From Lama guanicoe (taxonomy: Eukaryota), in NCBI GenBank assembly GCA_013239625.1, contig MU053376.1, forward strand, positions 2,220,507 to 2,284,506: DNA of 64,000 nt. Reading direction: 5' to 3'. A program made the translations under genes and the position numbers. Shown piece by piece: positions 28,601-42,169 of the stretch. Position 1 is the first letter of the stretch, and the number at the start of each line of letters is the position of its first letter. The notes under the pieces are model-generated. The model saw nothing but the letters and a program-made list of their open reading frames with translations, was not told the origin of the DNA and searched no databases.

Positions 28601-29999
28601 GAGGGTCCCGCTTAGTGCTTCTCCCCATTCTTCCTACTGTCTGCGAAACGCCATTCTCAGGACAGTCTCCCTGGCATTCTTCCCTTCACCCACTCGGATC
28701 TGCTGACTCAAGCTGGCACCTTGTGTTTCTGCTCACGGAGTTCTCTTTCTTGTAAGGGGCCTGACCACAGTTTCCCATTGATGCCTCTCCTCCTCTTCCT
28801 CCCTGTTCCAGGGCCCCTCCTTTTCCTCTTGCGCTGTGGAGATGACCCTTCTGCCCCTGGGAGAACTTTAACTGGGGGAGGGGCAGATGTGAAGCCTGCC
28901 ATCTCTCCTCTAGTTCTTGGCATCTGCTAGTCAGTCCAGACACAGCAGAGACACACAGATGCAGTCCGAGGTGATCTGTCTGCCGGCCTTGCTGCTGTGT
29001 GTTGCAAGCAGACCAGTATTGAGCACCAAGTTGCAGGGACTGAGGTCAGAGGTTTGAACCTGGTGGGGACACTTAATTTCATGCCACAGATTTGCAGGGG
29101 AAATAGAAGTAGACTGGCATCTGAGAGACCTACCCTGGCTGTGTGGTCCTGAGCAAGTCCTGGGACCTGCCTGGGCCTCACTCAGATTCTTCATTCTTAA
29201 ATCGAAGGGCTCAGACTTGATCTCCTGTCCTGAAGGGCTTTCTTTGTTACTCTTGGTGCAGCCCCGCTGCTGGGGAGACAACCTGATGCTGGGAGAGAGG
29301 TGGTCAGTCCAGGTTCCAGGGATCCTGGGACTGGGAGCCATCTTCTCTGTCTTCACTTTCTACAGGCCAGTGTTCTTTCACCCTTCTCCTGGCTGTAGTA
29401 TTTTCAGTCATTCAGCCATTCAACCGATGTTTATAAACATTAATTCTCTGCGCCTGCCTCCTGGCTTCCCTGCTGACTGGCCATCAGGAGGCCCAGATGG
29501 CAGGATTGGCTTAGAAGGGCGACTAGTCAGGGTCATCCCCTTGGGTTTAGACCCCTTTAATACCTCTGCTATATGAGATGAAAGAGATTTAGAACAACGA
29601 GGGTTGATTCTTTCTAGCAGCTTAGACTAGACCCCTGCCTTGCTAAGTGGGATTTGCCTGAGGGTGCCTTCTAGCCCTCTGAGGTCCAAAGCAACTCACT
29701 ATTCAAGAAAATTAATTAACAGTGCCAAGAATGACTTTTGCAGCCTCCCTAAGGATAGATCCGAACAGCAGAATGACTTTGATACATATAACAATCTTCT
29801 GTCTTCTGTCTCCTTCAGATCACTGTTGAAAGCTTCACAACACTGTGAAGGTTTCCCAGATTAATAACAAGTCTTTACTGAGCAGATATTATGTGTCAGG
29901 ATTGTGTTCGTTGTTTCACTTACACTCTTGTTAATCCTTAGCGTAATACTCCAAAGTAAAAGTCCCCGTTTTACAGAAGAGGGAACATGTTCAAAATCA

Positions 30000-30410
30000 T
30001 TCACTCATTAGCAATTATTTATTGACCACCTACTAAGTTTTAAGTATTATTTCAGGCTCTGGGGAGACACATCAATGTACCGAACTGAGGAAAAAAAAAT
30101 CCCTGCCTGCATGGGGCTTGTATTCTAGCAGGAGGAGACAAATAAAACATAATCAGATACATGATACAGCTTGTCAGATGGTGATAGGTACAAAGGACGA
30201 AATAAAGGAGGGAAGGAGGCTCTGGAATGTTAGGAGCATGTGTGGTGTCAAAATTTTAAATAGGGGCTCATTTTAAATAGGGGCTTGGGGAAGGCTTCAC
30301 TGCAAAGGTGACATTTGAGTGAGCCCCGGAAATATGTGCAGGGTGGGGGGCAGGCAGAAGGAATACAAGTGCGAAGCCCCAGGGTGGTCAGTGATGGGCG
30401 TGTCCAGCTC
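30000..30410. mobile_element. L2 3' region remnant
   Basis: cattcactcattagcaattatttattgaccacctacta...tccctgcctgcatggggcttgtattctag...aggcttcactgcaaaggtgacatttgag. Confidence 0.7.
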
Positions 30411-32554
30411 TGAAACCTGGCTCCTTAGAGCTCGTGATACTGGCCCTCTGATCGTTCTCCCGTGACTCCACTGTAATTCAGTACTTAGTTGACCCAGCAC
30501 TTTGTTTTATCATCAAATATTTATGGAATGCTTATTTTGTGCAGATTGCTACAGTGATGAGATGTGAGCTCTGCCTTTGCGTACTCACAGTTTAGAAGAG
30601 AAATGAACACCTCTATGTATGAAAGGAATGAAAAAAGACTGCCCCCCAAAATCAGGACGGTGCCCCTGCACACTTATCCTCACTTGGCCCTCTCTGAGGG
30701 AGGTGGGCCAGGTGGTCTGACTCCAGGTTTTACACAGAAAGAGGTTGAGGGAGCTGATGGTGGGAACGTGGTGGAGTGGTGGTGGAGTCAGGGCCACAGA
30801 GGCTACAGAGACACCGGATGGGCTCCCCAAGGGGTGGAGTCGCCTTTACCTGATACACACGCACACCTGTGACCTGCCCAGGGGCCAGTGCAGACAGAAG
30901 TCTGGCCAGTGGGAGGAGTGATGTGAGGGACTCCCCTGGGGCCCGCATCTTCTGTGTGCTGAGAGGGGAAGAACCGAGGTCTCCCCAGGGGTTTTCTGGT
31001 AATGGGAAATGCTTGGGATTGCGTTAACTGGCCATTGCACGGAGCCAGGGAGGAAGGGGGTGATGAAAGAGCCAGCCGGGCTACAGCTGTTGCTGAGACT
31101 CTTCTTGTCCTGCTCTGGGCCCTCACGGGGCTTCTCTCCTGCCCTGAAGAGTCGCATCCTTCCTGTGTTGAGCCTCCTGGGCAGAGCGGGCAGGCGCACG
31201 TGGGGTCCCAAAAGGCTCTCTGGGCCTCAGTTCTGGCCACCCAGGAGCTGGGCGAGCAGAAGTCAGGGCCCAGGATGGAGCCGACCGTTAGTACAAATGG
31301 GAAAGTGAAGCAATGGGTCGTGTCCGTTTTTTCCTGAACATATGCTGTGACAAAGGAAGTTGCAACATTTTCTTTCTTTTTATAGAGCAAGAAGGGGGAA
31401 AAAAAGTCTTCCAGTAAACTTCAGAAAAAGTATTTAGCCTTTGATGGATGGGTGTTTCTCCCTTCCCCCACAGTGCTTTTTTGGTGTCTGGTCTCTCGTC
31501 CTTCCTGCCCCATCCATCTCTGTCAGCATCCCTCCACTTGGAGGGCCTGTGACTCCGCAGCAGGCTGAGTGCCTCCCCTGAGAGGAGGGAGTCGATAACT
31601 TGGTCTTGAGAAAGTGTCTTGTCCAGTGCGCTCTGGGCAGGAGACAGGCGGCTCCAGCTCCCGCCTGGAAGGCTGCTGGTGGCCTCTCCGGTAGGAGAGC
31701 ATTGTAAATAAGACAGGCGGTTCCTGGTGCGCCCTGGCCTCTCCTGCTGCGGCTTTGGTTTGTGTTCATTTGGTGTCCCAAATGAAGGCTGAGGCGTGCT
31801 TGTTTCTCGGCTCAGATGCCCACGGCTTTTGGTAGATTCAAAGCCTGTGTCTAGGCAGACGGTGGGAAAAGGGGCCTGAAATGTGGGAGCAGAAATCGAG
31901 GCTGGAAGACCACACGTGTGAGTCTGGAGTCCTTGGTCAGGTTTGAATCTGGCCTTTGTGCTGTACCTGGGCGGGAATCTAGTTGCGTTTTTCAGTGTGA
32001 AGATGATATACTTTCCTGATGAAAACTTTTGAGGTCTGGAAAAGTAGTGGAACTTTTTTTTTCGGGGGAGGGGTGAGTTTTATTTCCTCTCCCTTGAATT
32101 TCTACACCGTAGAACAGCCAGAAAATTCCAGTACAAACCAGCTTTGAGACTCCAGCTGAGGGAGGTTCTAGGTCATCCTTGAGAAGGCGGTTGGCTTGCG
32201 CTGAGGAAGCTGGGTGCTTGCGGCCGCCAGTGGGCCCCACTGTGTGGGACGGGGTAGTGGCCGCTGGTGCTGCTGGTGCTAATCGCTTTCTTGAGTGAGA
32301 AGGGCGAAGTCCTTAGGGCTGAGGATTTTTGTTCAGGCTTTTTGTTCTCTGCCTCTTTTGACTCTAATAGAGCTGACACAGAGCTCCTCCTTTCCTGCTG
32401 GTTTTTTTTTTTTTTTAATTTAACCTCCCTGTCATCAGGTGGGTCTCTTCAGGCTGAAGATGGGCTCCAAGAGGTGGTGATGGAGGGAGCAGAGTCAGAA
32501 TTTGCTTGTTTGTCTGGATCTCAGGGTGAATCCATCAACCCCCTTTCATAGCTA

Positions 32555-32740
32555 GCTGTGCTGGCCGACACAGGCGCCATTAGCAACATGTGACTGTTTG
32601 AACGATTACATTAAAATTAAAAATCAGTAGCGCTAGCCACATTTCAAGTGCTCCAGAGTGACTTAGAGCTAGCAGTGACCGTGTTGGGCAGCACAGATAG
32701 AGAACATTCCATCACTGCAGACTGCTCTCTTAGGCAACAC
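32555..32740 (-). mobile_element. MER3-like hAT-Charlie element (second copy)
   Basis: gctagccacatttcaagtgctc...cagcacagatagagaacattccatcactgcaga. Confidence 0.7.
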
Positions 32741-35700
32741 CAGACTCAGATCATCATTCTACAGCCTGGGAAAGATTTAGCAGAGCTGGAAGGGGATTTG
32801 TGTCAGAGCGTGAGGAGAGGTCTTGAGGCCCAGGCACGAGGGTAAAAAGAAGGTAATCATTGAGAAGGGGACCTGAAATAGAATTTTGTTTGTCTTGTTT
32901 AGGGCTGCATGCCAGCAGGTGGTCATCTAGGCCAGTGGCTCCCAACCAGGTCGACTGTCAGAACTACCCGTGGGTAACGCTGGAAAATACTGATTCTTGG
33001 CTCCACTCTTTGTATCTCATTGAGTCCAGGACTGTATATAGAGGTGGTGTTCAGGAACGTGTGTTTTTTGTCTGATAATTATCTGTGTTTGGCAACCTCT
33101 TGAACCTATTCTTAAATTCCTCCAGTGTTGGGGGAGCTTACCCCTTTTAAAGAAAACCTTACTATTAGAATTTCTCCTTTTTGTTTTTAAAGCTGTATGT
33201 TTATTGAGTCAAAATTTGGTTCCCTGGAGTTATACTGTCTCTTGGTGCCAGTGGTGTTTTCCAGAGCCTCACAGAACCCATCAGTCCCATCCTCCACACT
33301 TGGTCTCCTGCAGGTACTCGGCCAGACCTGTGGCGGGCCCCTCTGCCAGCCCGGCGTCGTGGCACAGTTGCAGAGGGCTTGACCTGCCCAGGGCCTTCGA
33401 GAGATGCAGAGATGTGCCGTCATTCCCAGGATCCTTCTGATTGTCAGGCCTTGCTGAGAGATTGAGGAAAGGTCCACATCTCATTGGACCCTGACAGTGG
33501 AGAGTCCCGAGGGTCGTCCAGCTGGTGCAGGCCACGCATACCTTCCCCGCTCTATGTACTACTCCATAGGAAAGAGTCCCTGTTTCTCTGCATGGTGAAC
33601 ACTTAGTTTTTGAGGCCGCTGATCAGGTTTTCTTCAGAGGCACTGAGAGACTCAGACATTTGTTCCTAGTTAGATGCGACCACAAACATCACTTCTGTTT
33701 AGAAACCTTCAGTAGCCTTGCCTTCCCTCAAGTGGAACTTGAACTCTTGAACATGGCATTGAGGCAAGCTGGCTTTGACCTTCCTTTCCTCCCCTACCCC
33801 CCCGCCCCCAACACACACACTCACCCTTCCAAGAGGGGCCTCCATTCCACTCTGCAGTGCATTCTTCTGCTTCCGTATCTCCTTTTGCACCTTTCACTTG
33901 CTCATCCTTCTATTCCTGGTAGAAGTGTGTTTCTCCCTTGAGGCTTAGCTCTTACCTGCCCCTCACCCCCAATTCCAGGCAAAGGGACTCCCTCCCCTAC
34001 ATGGGTGATAGTCCACACTAGCTCTGTGACTGCTGTGAGTTCAAATTAATGTCATTCCCCGCCCTGCTAGACTCTGAGCCCCTCAAGGACCAGACTGTCT
34101 CCTTTGTTTGATATCCCCTAGTGCAGGCCCAGCGCAGGCCCCTGGCCAAGGTGCGGCGTACACGCAGAAGTGGGTTCGCGTCCTGCCTGCCTGTCTTCTT
34201 TGGGATTCTGATGAGGCTGCCCAAGGGGAGCTGGAGCCCCCTTTCCAGCACCAGCATTCTTACCCCTCAGCAGCCCCGGTCCTCGTCAGCATTGAGGAGA
34301 AAAGTGCTGTTTAGCAGCTGATAATTAAGCAGAACTGGTACCTTGGCTGCCTTAGAGGCAGAACTGGCATTTAAACAATTAAGTTTTTAAAGTCAGGAAT
34401 TAAAAGTGTCAGCGTCAGAAGCAGCTACATCCAAACACAAGCCCTCCCAGTTAGAGAAGATAAGCGGAGTAGTGGAGCCAAGGAATTCCCTGTGGCCTTG
34501 AGGAGCCCGGGGAGGGCAGCCTGGCGCTGTGCTGGCAGGAGCCGGAAAGGGGCCTGTTTCTGCTCTCGGGGAGGAGGGTGTTGCTTCACTAGAAAGGGCT
34601 GTCAGTGTTCCCTTTCCCTCCCAGTTTCTATAGATTGAACTAGTTTTGCTAGGTGGACAAGAAGAGAAATTTGGAAAAATAGGGTAGGGGTAAACTCTGG
34701 GCTTCCCCTGAGGTAGTAAAGCACACGCTTTTGCATTCAGTGATGAGCAAAGACTGCTCAGTGTGGCCTTGTGGTATCTCATCTTGCTTTCTTCTGATGC
34801 TACTTGGGTTGGGAGGGGAGGCTGACAAAGGACTTCCTCCCTTCCTAGGTCAGAACCGGAGCATGAGGAGTTCCCCAGCCTCTTGTTGGTGCCCAGATAC
34901 TAACCACAGTCTCCATCTCCGCCAAAGGTGTTCTAAGAAATATGCATGCCAGGAACAGTCCGTGGCTTCAGAACACGGGCAGAGGCTTCAAGAGGCAGAG
35001 GCTTCTTCCTGTGTGAGGGGCGGGGCGCTGCAGCTTGTCATCGGAGGTGGCGAGGGGTAGGGGGGACCTGCCTCTCTGCTCAGCTGCAGAGGTCAGTGGG
35101 AGACGCCCTTTCAGAGTCTGCTTTATTGTAAATGAAGCAGAAAGCCCACACCAGGAAACCATAGAGGCCGCCGAAGGGGCTTTTCTCTAAGTTCACCCCT
35201 GGGTACACAACCTCTATTTTTCCCACCTGAAGTAAGGTCCGTCTGACAAACATTTTTTTTTATTTTAGGGGGAGCTACTTTCAGATCCCAGAGACAGTCG
35301 GAGCTATATAGTTTGAATATAAAAATACTGGCCCTTCTGGGAGATGTTGACGTTTCATGCCGTGTGCCGAGTATCTGTCGCTCCCGTGATGGGAGGAGGG
35401 TTGGGTGAGAACCCTTGCTTGTCAGGCTTGGCTAGCCCACTGTTCCTTTCAGGTTTCTCTGTTGGAATCAGTGGCATTAGTGGCTGAGCTCACTCAGACC
35501 ATGTGTGATTCAGATGGCGGTGACCTCTCACTGACCACAGGTGTGCACGCTGACTGCAGTCACCCAGTTACCCATACAGCCAAATGCAGAACAGTTGGGA
35601 AAGTCTAGGGGGAGACTTGCTAAGGGAATAAAGCCAGCTGGCTCATCTGGAGTTGGACCCTTGTCCTTGGTGACATATGCACAGATGAGTCACAGTCAAG

Positions 35701-38700
35701 GTTGGCCAGAGTGTGTGCAGAGATTCATTCCTTTTGATGAAGTTCTGATGGTCCCTGCAGAAGCTTTATCGCCAGTTGAACTGAATTGTGAAGATACAAC
35801 AGTGCATGGGCCCTCATTAATCTGTTCATTCATCTGTTCCCTGGAAGTTTATTGAGGGGGAAACATGTAAGCAAAATATTTCTTACATATTTCAAATGGT
35901 AGAAGAGCTGTGTCCCGGGGACCGGGTGAACATGGAGGAAAGAGCACCCCATTTCTCCAGGCACCGGACAATGTTGGAATGTGTTGGTGGAATGCCAGTC
36001 CTGAGATCCTCTGTGATTGGATAAATCTGGGACACATTCTGCAGTACACATTAGCATTCTAAAGACTCTGAGAAGTTCTGTAGTAAAAGAATCTATTTGA
36101 CATTGTAGAACCTAGCGCTTCTGTCATACATAGGGCCCCTTTTTCACCTGTCACTTATCAACATCCTACAGTATTCTATTTGAGAAATGGCAGGATAATC
36201 TCCCTGCTCTGGGAGAACTGTCCAGTGATTGAGAGAAAAATTTCTCCTGACTCTATGTCAACACAGATTTGAGAGGCTTAGAAAATAGTGTGTGCGCGTG
36301 CATGTGTGTGTGTGAGCGTGTGCTGGGGGTGTGGCAGAGAAGGGCCCCCGGCAGGTGGCTCCCATTGAAGTTGGCCTGTCTACATTCCTGCTGGCTTTGT
36401 GCTTCTGGAGAAGGCTTTTGTCCCGGCTTGAACATACTGAATAGCAGCTACATCTGTCGTGCCTGGGAAGCGGCAGTGTGTGGCGTGGGGGGAGCAAGCA
36501 GTGAGCAGACCCCCCTGCTTGAGGCCCAGGCTGTGGAGAGCGCCTGGCCATCTTGGAGAGGGGAGGGGCCGGTGATCGGGAGGCAGCTGCTCGCTGGTCC
36601 TGGAAGTGCAGGGGCGCTAGAGTCAGCCCCCTTGTCTCTGTGCCTTCCCCCTGTCCGATGGGGAGGTAGTGTTGAAACTTGAGGTGGGAGAAGCAGGTGG
36701 GCTGGGTGTTTTCTGCCCTCCCCTCCCACCAAAGTGCATCTGGAGGGTGGACAGGGAGGGAAGGCACTTGGCTCTCCATCACCCAGGGACACTAAGATGA
36801 AGGCACTTTGGTTTAAATTTAAGGAAGAATGCAGCATTGTAGAGTGGATTTAGTAAAGTCTGTGGAATTTTAAAATACTAGAGTCCTGGCTAGAATTTGT
36901 TTTCAGACTACTGGTGATGGGGATGGCTGGCTCCTGAGAAAGGCCTGGGTGGCCGCACCGGGTTCCTCACATGAAACAAACACAAGCCCAGGGGAGTTCC
37001 CAAGCGCACCGTGGGCCTCTGCGCCCTCTGGGACAAGGACATCAGTCACTGGGGAAGAGGGAAGGTTGATGGGGATCAGTCCCTCTTCCTGGGGATTATG
37101 CACTTCCTGAGCTCAGTGTCCTGAAGGCAGGCCCAGGGTTTTCTGTCTGTTTGTATGTGAGTATTTCTATTTTGTATGCTGTGTCTCCTCTTTTGATCTT
37201 CCCAAAGGAATGGGAGTTAGTCTGTCCTCAGGAACTAGGGCGAGCTATCCTTTACCTCCCAGCTTCTCTGGCCATCTCCCTGCCTTCCGCAGCCATGGCC
37301 ACAGTGGCCAGGAGGCCTGGCGTGGCTCAGATGGGGGAGGAGCAAGCCCAGGCCATCCAATTGTTGCCTGTGTTAGTGGAGAAGGGCAGATGCTGCCTGC
37401 AGTTCCCCCTGGACAGGAAGTCTGGGTGGGCCGGGCTTTGGTTTGGGAAGCAGGAGTATTAGCTGCTGCTGCCAACTGGGGTGGTGTTTGCAGACTCCCA
37501 GGCTCCGGCATCCCCAGAGGGACCAGCTGCCCTGACCCCCGAGGACTGGCGGCCCCCAGGGAGGGAGCACTTGCCAGGAACCTCTGAACTTACTTGAGGT
37601 GGGTGTTGGGTAAGGGGGAGGAGATAGGATGGCTCCTCCCTCCCCCATCAGCTGGGGATGCATCACGGCTGCTGGGAATGCATTCAGGCCACTTGTAGAC
37701 AGATTGGTCATTGTGGAAATTCTTTCTTACCCCAGGGTGGAGCTTTCCTTATTCAGAAGAATCTTCAGATGTGTTCTGTCCAGCTCCTGGCAACGAGGAA
37801 CTAAGCCATTTACCTGCTGCCCCCGCAAGGCTAGAAGGCAGAGCAGTGTCTGAGCCCCATTCCTGTAACCCCTCCCTCTTGGTCTCCTGTCACCTGTCCT
37901 GTCTTCACTGCTCCTAGCCTGGTGCGCAGTAGGCATGGGGCTGCGGAGGGGTGGCCCTCATGCCTGGCGTTCCTCCATCCCCCAGGTCCTAGCCTCTTGA
38001 GTGTCCATTTCCTATCAGGGCCCTCCTTGCAGCTGTGACACATCTGGATCTAGACAGGGTGTCCTGTTGTCTTGCATAATGAGGATCCCAGATTTTCCTC
38101 AGGTGATGGCCTTAGTTATTCCGGGGGAGGGGCGGGATTCTCCCCACCCTCAGGCACTCCAGAGACTTCCTCCCGCCTCCCAGGCTCCCGTTAGAGTCTT
38201 GACCTCTAAGCTGCCTGACCCCCACCCCTCACCCTCAAGGAGAATGGCAGGAAGGAAGTCCTGCCAGAAAGTGTTTTTTGGTTTGTGAAGTAACCATCTT
38301 TGGTTTGAGAAACACATTCATATCCCCCTTCCCTTTAAGATTTGAGTCCAGAAGCTGTAGATTTCTTTGGTTTCCAGGGAAACCAGGATGGAAAAGGCAG
38401 AGAAAGGAGGGACTGGTTATAGATACTGACATCTCACAGGGGCTCTCGGGGTCTCCTGTGCTTTTTCAGGAAATCTGCATGGTCTACTCAGGGCTCTAGG
38501 TTGTAGCCCTCACTGTCACCAACCCGCTGTGGAACCTTGGAAAACGTTTTAAACTCTCTGTGCCCTGGTTTCCACGTGCCTGAAATGAAGATCACGTTGG
38601 CTCTACCTGGATTGTGACTTTAAAGGGCTTTGGAATATATAAAAATAAAACAAAATTTCAAGTTATATTACTTACCTAGGAAGAGAGAATCATGTCGAAG

Positions 38701-39492
38701 AATTTAGCGTCAGAAGAAACCTCTGACCTCAGGTACGCTGGGCATACATTAGATTCCACAGGGGAGGAGACGAAGGGAAAGTGACTCGTGTGCAGGTTCT
38801 CAGCAGCTTAACGTAGGCCTGGGATGAGAACCAGGTCACTCAGCTTTCTGGCCTCTCCCTCCTTCTGTCACTCGGTCAACTCCAGGATGTGCATTCTTGT
38901 CCTGGGGGTAGTGAGCCATAGAGCAGATAAATCATACCACAGAAAATCCGACAGTCTTGTATGTGATCAGGTTTAAATTGTCCATGCCACTGTGGGTGGG
39001 GGAGTGGGGACAGTCAAGTCAGTAATCTTCAAACTGTTGAAACTGGACTTTTCAAAATATCCGTGAATTTTTTTTTTGCTCCAGCAAATATATCTCCTTA
39101 ATTCTTATGTGCTTCCATAATGTTCTGTGTCCCAGAAACCTGCTGTGTGTTGGTGGGGGGGGGTGTGTGCTCCTGTTCATTGATTCAGTGTTTGCTGTGG
39201 ATAATCTGCAAAGTGAGTAATTTATGTGCAGACAGAGCTAGTTGCGTCCAGTCCCTTTCTCTGAGGACGCAAGCTCCTTGCTGTAGGAAGCTGGCTGGAG
39301 CTCGCTGAAGCTGTAATTGTGTCTCTGCATTCTCTGATTCCTGTTTGGAAACAAGGTTTGCACAGATGCAGCGAATAGTTGATTGTCAAAGCTGGTCCCT
39401 TCAGGAATTAGGGGAAGATACCAAGGACAGAGAGGGGCTGGGGTAGAGTCAGATAGTGATGGAGCTGGTCTTGTGGGTGTTTTGGAAAAATG

Positions 39493-39544
39493 TGTTACAG
39501 CTCAGTGTTATAGCTCAGTGTTACAGCTCGGTGTTACAGCTCAG
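39493..39544. repeat. 4 x 13-bp tandem repeat tgttacagctcag at the LTR end
   Basis: Units start at 39493, 39506, 39519, 39532. Confidence 0.9.
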
Positions 39545-40013
39545 TTGTGATAGCAACCTGGACCTGGGGGAGAGACCAAGCAGCACTTGGAGAGTTGGAG
39601 AACTCAGGTTTATTATGCCAGCGGGCTCAGAGGAGTTAACATTCCAAGCTCTGGACCCCATCTGTAGGTTTACACCGGCTTTTATAGGCTGTCAGTTTAC
39701 ACTTTGTAACATCATATGCAAATGAGGTATAATGAAAGTTGACTAATTAGGAACAAGCTTTGTAGAAATGGACCAATCAGGAGGAAGAGAAATAACCAAT
39801 CAGGAATGAGGGAAGTGGCCCAATCAGGAGTGAGAGAAATAACCAATCAGGAGTGAGCTCAGGGAACCAATAAAATTTTAGGGGTGAGTAAGCCCCTTTT
39901 AGAGGCAAAAAGTGAGACAGAGCCTCTGGGCAAGGGAACCGGATGGTGCTGGCAGGAGAGTAGTGGCCCAGCCTGGGGGTCCTGCCGGTCTTTTTATGGG
40001 GCTTCCCAGCTCA
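39493..40013 (-). mobile_element. ERV solo LTR, antisense to MAPKAPK2
   Basis: TG...CA ends; on the minus strand, CCAAT array then octamer then TATAAAA (39680-39686) then AATAAA (39609-39614) then 13-bp repeats; no clear TSD found. Confidence 0.75.
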
Positions 40014-40264
40014 TGGGAATGAGGACTTAGGACAGCAAAGGTCTGAGCACCAACCTCATGTGCTCCATCTTGGCTAAGATTGCCTAAGATTGCCTGTCCC
40101 CAGGTCAGTCAGGCCTTTTGCAGTTCTGCCCTCGAGAGGCCCCTGTGTTGACTGAAACAGTTGCTTTTCTTCCCCTTGCTGCTCTTTTCCCGTGACCTCC
40201 CAGCCACCTCTTCTTTCCCTTGTGTTCCTTAGTGGCTGTTACTTCCTCCACCCCCACCCCCCTT

Positions 40265-41035
40265 CTTTTATTATGAAACACTTTAAATAGGGCGGTGAAC
40301 TTGAGAGATTGTACGGTGAACACCCATCATATATGCCCAACGACCTAGATTCTACCGTTAACATTTCACTCTACTTGCCTTCTCATGCCTTCTCATGCCT
40401 TCTCATGCCTTTCTCCATCTTTCCGTCTCTCTATCCATTTATCAGCCTATGTTATTTTGGGAATGCATTTTATAGTAAGTGGCAGACATCAGTATACTTC
40501 ACTCCTAAGCACTTCAGCATACTTAGGCATTAATTAGAGTTCAGTATTTGTTCATGCATTTATTGTAGGTTTATTTTTGGTGATAAAAATTTATAAAACA
40601 GTGAAATGCTCAGATTTCAAGTGTATCATTTGAGGAGTTTTGATAAATGCTTTCACCCATGCTACCCAAACCTCTGTCAAGGTACAGAACAAAAATTTTT
40701 ATTATCCTACTATAAGATCCCTCATGCTCCTTCCCAGACAATTACAATTCTGTTTTTTTTTTTATAAGTTTAGTTTTGCTTGTTCTAGAATGTCACATAA
40801 ACAGAATAATCACCATGAACTCATACAAAGTCCATCCACCTTGTTACCCTTATTGGTAGTTTGTTCCTTTCTATACAGAGTAGTTTTCCGTTGTTCAGAT
40901 GTGATACAGTTTGCGTATCTGTTCTCCTTTGGAGTGTTTCCAGTTTTTGCCTGTGATGAATAAAGCTGCTGTGAATATTCTTGCACAAGTCTTTTTGTGA
41001 ACATCATGTTTTCATTTCTCTTGGGTCAAACGTAG
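40265..41035 (-). mobile_element. Old L1 (L1M-type) 3' fragments
   Basis: agttttgataaatg...cagtttttgcctgtgatgaataaagctgctgtgaatattcttgcacaagtctttttgtgaaca. Confidence 0.75.
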
Positions 41036-41773
41036 GACTGAGAAGGCTGTTCCTTAAGTAACTCCCTGTGTTCTGCACCCAAGATTGTGAGTAAGAAAGT
41101 GCCTTATTGCTCACCTAGACTTTTCTTTTACTCAGTGTAGGAATCCCCTGAGAGCCCAGCTGAGAGCCTCTGCTTGAGGGGTTCCAGGGGTAGGGAGCTG
41201 TGCTGTCCTCCAGGCCCTGCTACTGGGGGACAGTTCCTTGTGGTTTCTGCCTTGGTGAACCACGTAAGATGAGTCCGATAATTTAGCCCTCTTAGTAACA
41301 GCTCTGTAAAATTTGGGGGCTATTATCACATCCAGTCCCTCAAGTACTCCTTTGGGGTTTCCCTTCTTGAGGAATAATTGTCCCAATTTTTTGACCTGTT
41401 TCTCGCATGACTTGGTTCTCAGAGCTTTTACACACTGGTCATCATCCTTCGGAAGTTTAATACTCTTTCAAATGTGTTGCCCAGAAGTGACTCTGGATTC
41501 TGGATGTGGTCTGAGAGGTGCAGAGTGTGGTTGGCTCCGGACTCCTGTCTTGGTCGAGGTACTTGATCTGCCAGTGAGCTGAAGGCGATGTTAACTTTCT
41601 GGCAGCCACATCATGGCGTTGGAGCAGATGAGTTAATGGTTGTTAAAAAAACACCTCAGTTTGAAGTCGTTAGAGCCTCTGTTCTCCTTGTCATCCTCTC
41701 ATTTAACCTTTGCCACCACTTTATGAGAATGGTGCTATTAAAAAGAACTTAATAAAAACTGTTTGGCTTAAAA

Positions 41774-41992
41774 TAGAGTTTGTCAGCCTTGGCACTGTTG
41801 GCTTTCTGGACCAGATAATTCTTTGTGGTGGGGGTTGCCTATGCTTCACAGGAGTTAGCTTCCCTGGCCTCTACCCACCCGATGCCAGACGCAGCCTTCT
41901 CCTTGCCTCGCAAGTTATGTCAGTCAAAAATGTCCCCAGACTCTTTCAGATGCCCCTTATGGGGGAAAATCATCTCAGGTTGAGAACTATTC
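41774..41992. mobile_element. MER20-like DNA transposon
   Basis: tcagccttggcactgttggctttctggaccagataattctttgtggtggggg...aaaaatgtccccagac...ggttgagaacta. Confidence 0.8.
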
Positions 41993-42169
41993 CCAAAGTG
42001 TAGCACTTAGTCATCCAAAAAATATTTAAACAGTATAGCTCATCCCGAAGGGTAACCACTGTTACTCTTTAGTGTATGTGCTTCTGTGTTATATTTTTTG
42101 TAGGGAGAGTCCTTGCTTTTCACAGTTTTAATATGCATGAATATCTTTTACTACAGTTTATTAAAGAAC

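Noticed and set aside
39493..39871. Regular short repeats resembling a CRISPR array
   Set aside because: Eukaryotic LTR-internal tandem repeats without unique spacers; no cas genes.
40376..40415. 10-bp tandem repeat tgccttctca x3
   Set aside because: Simple slippage inside an old L1 fragment.
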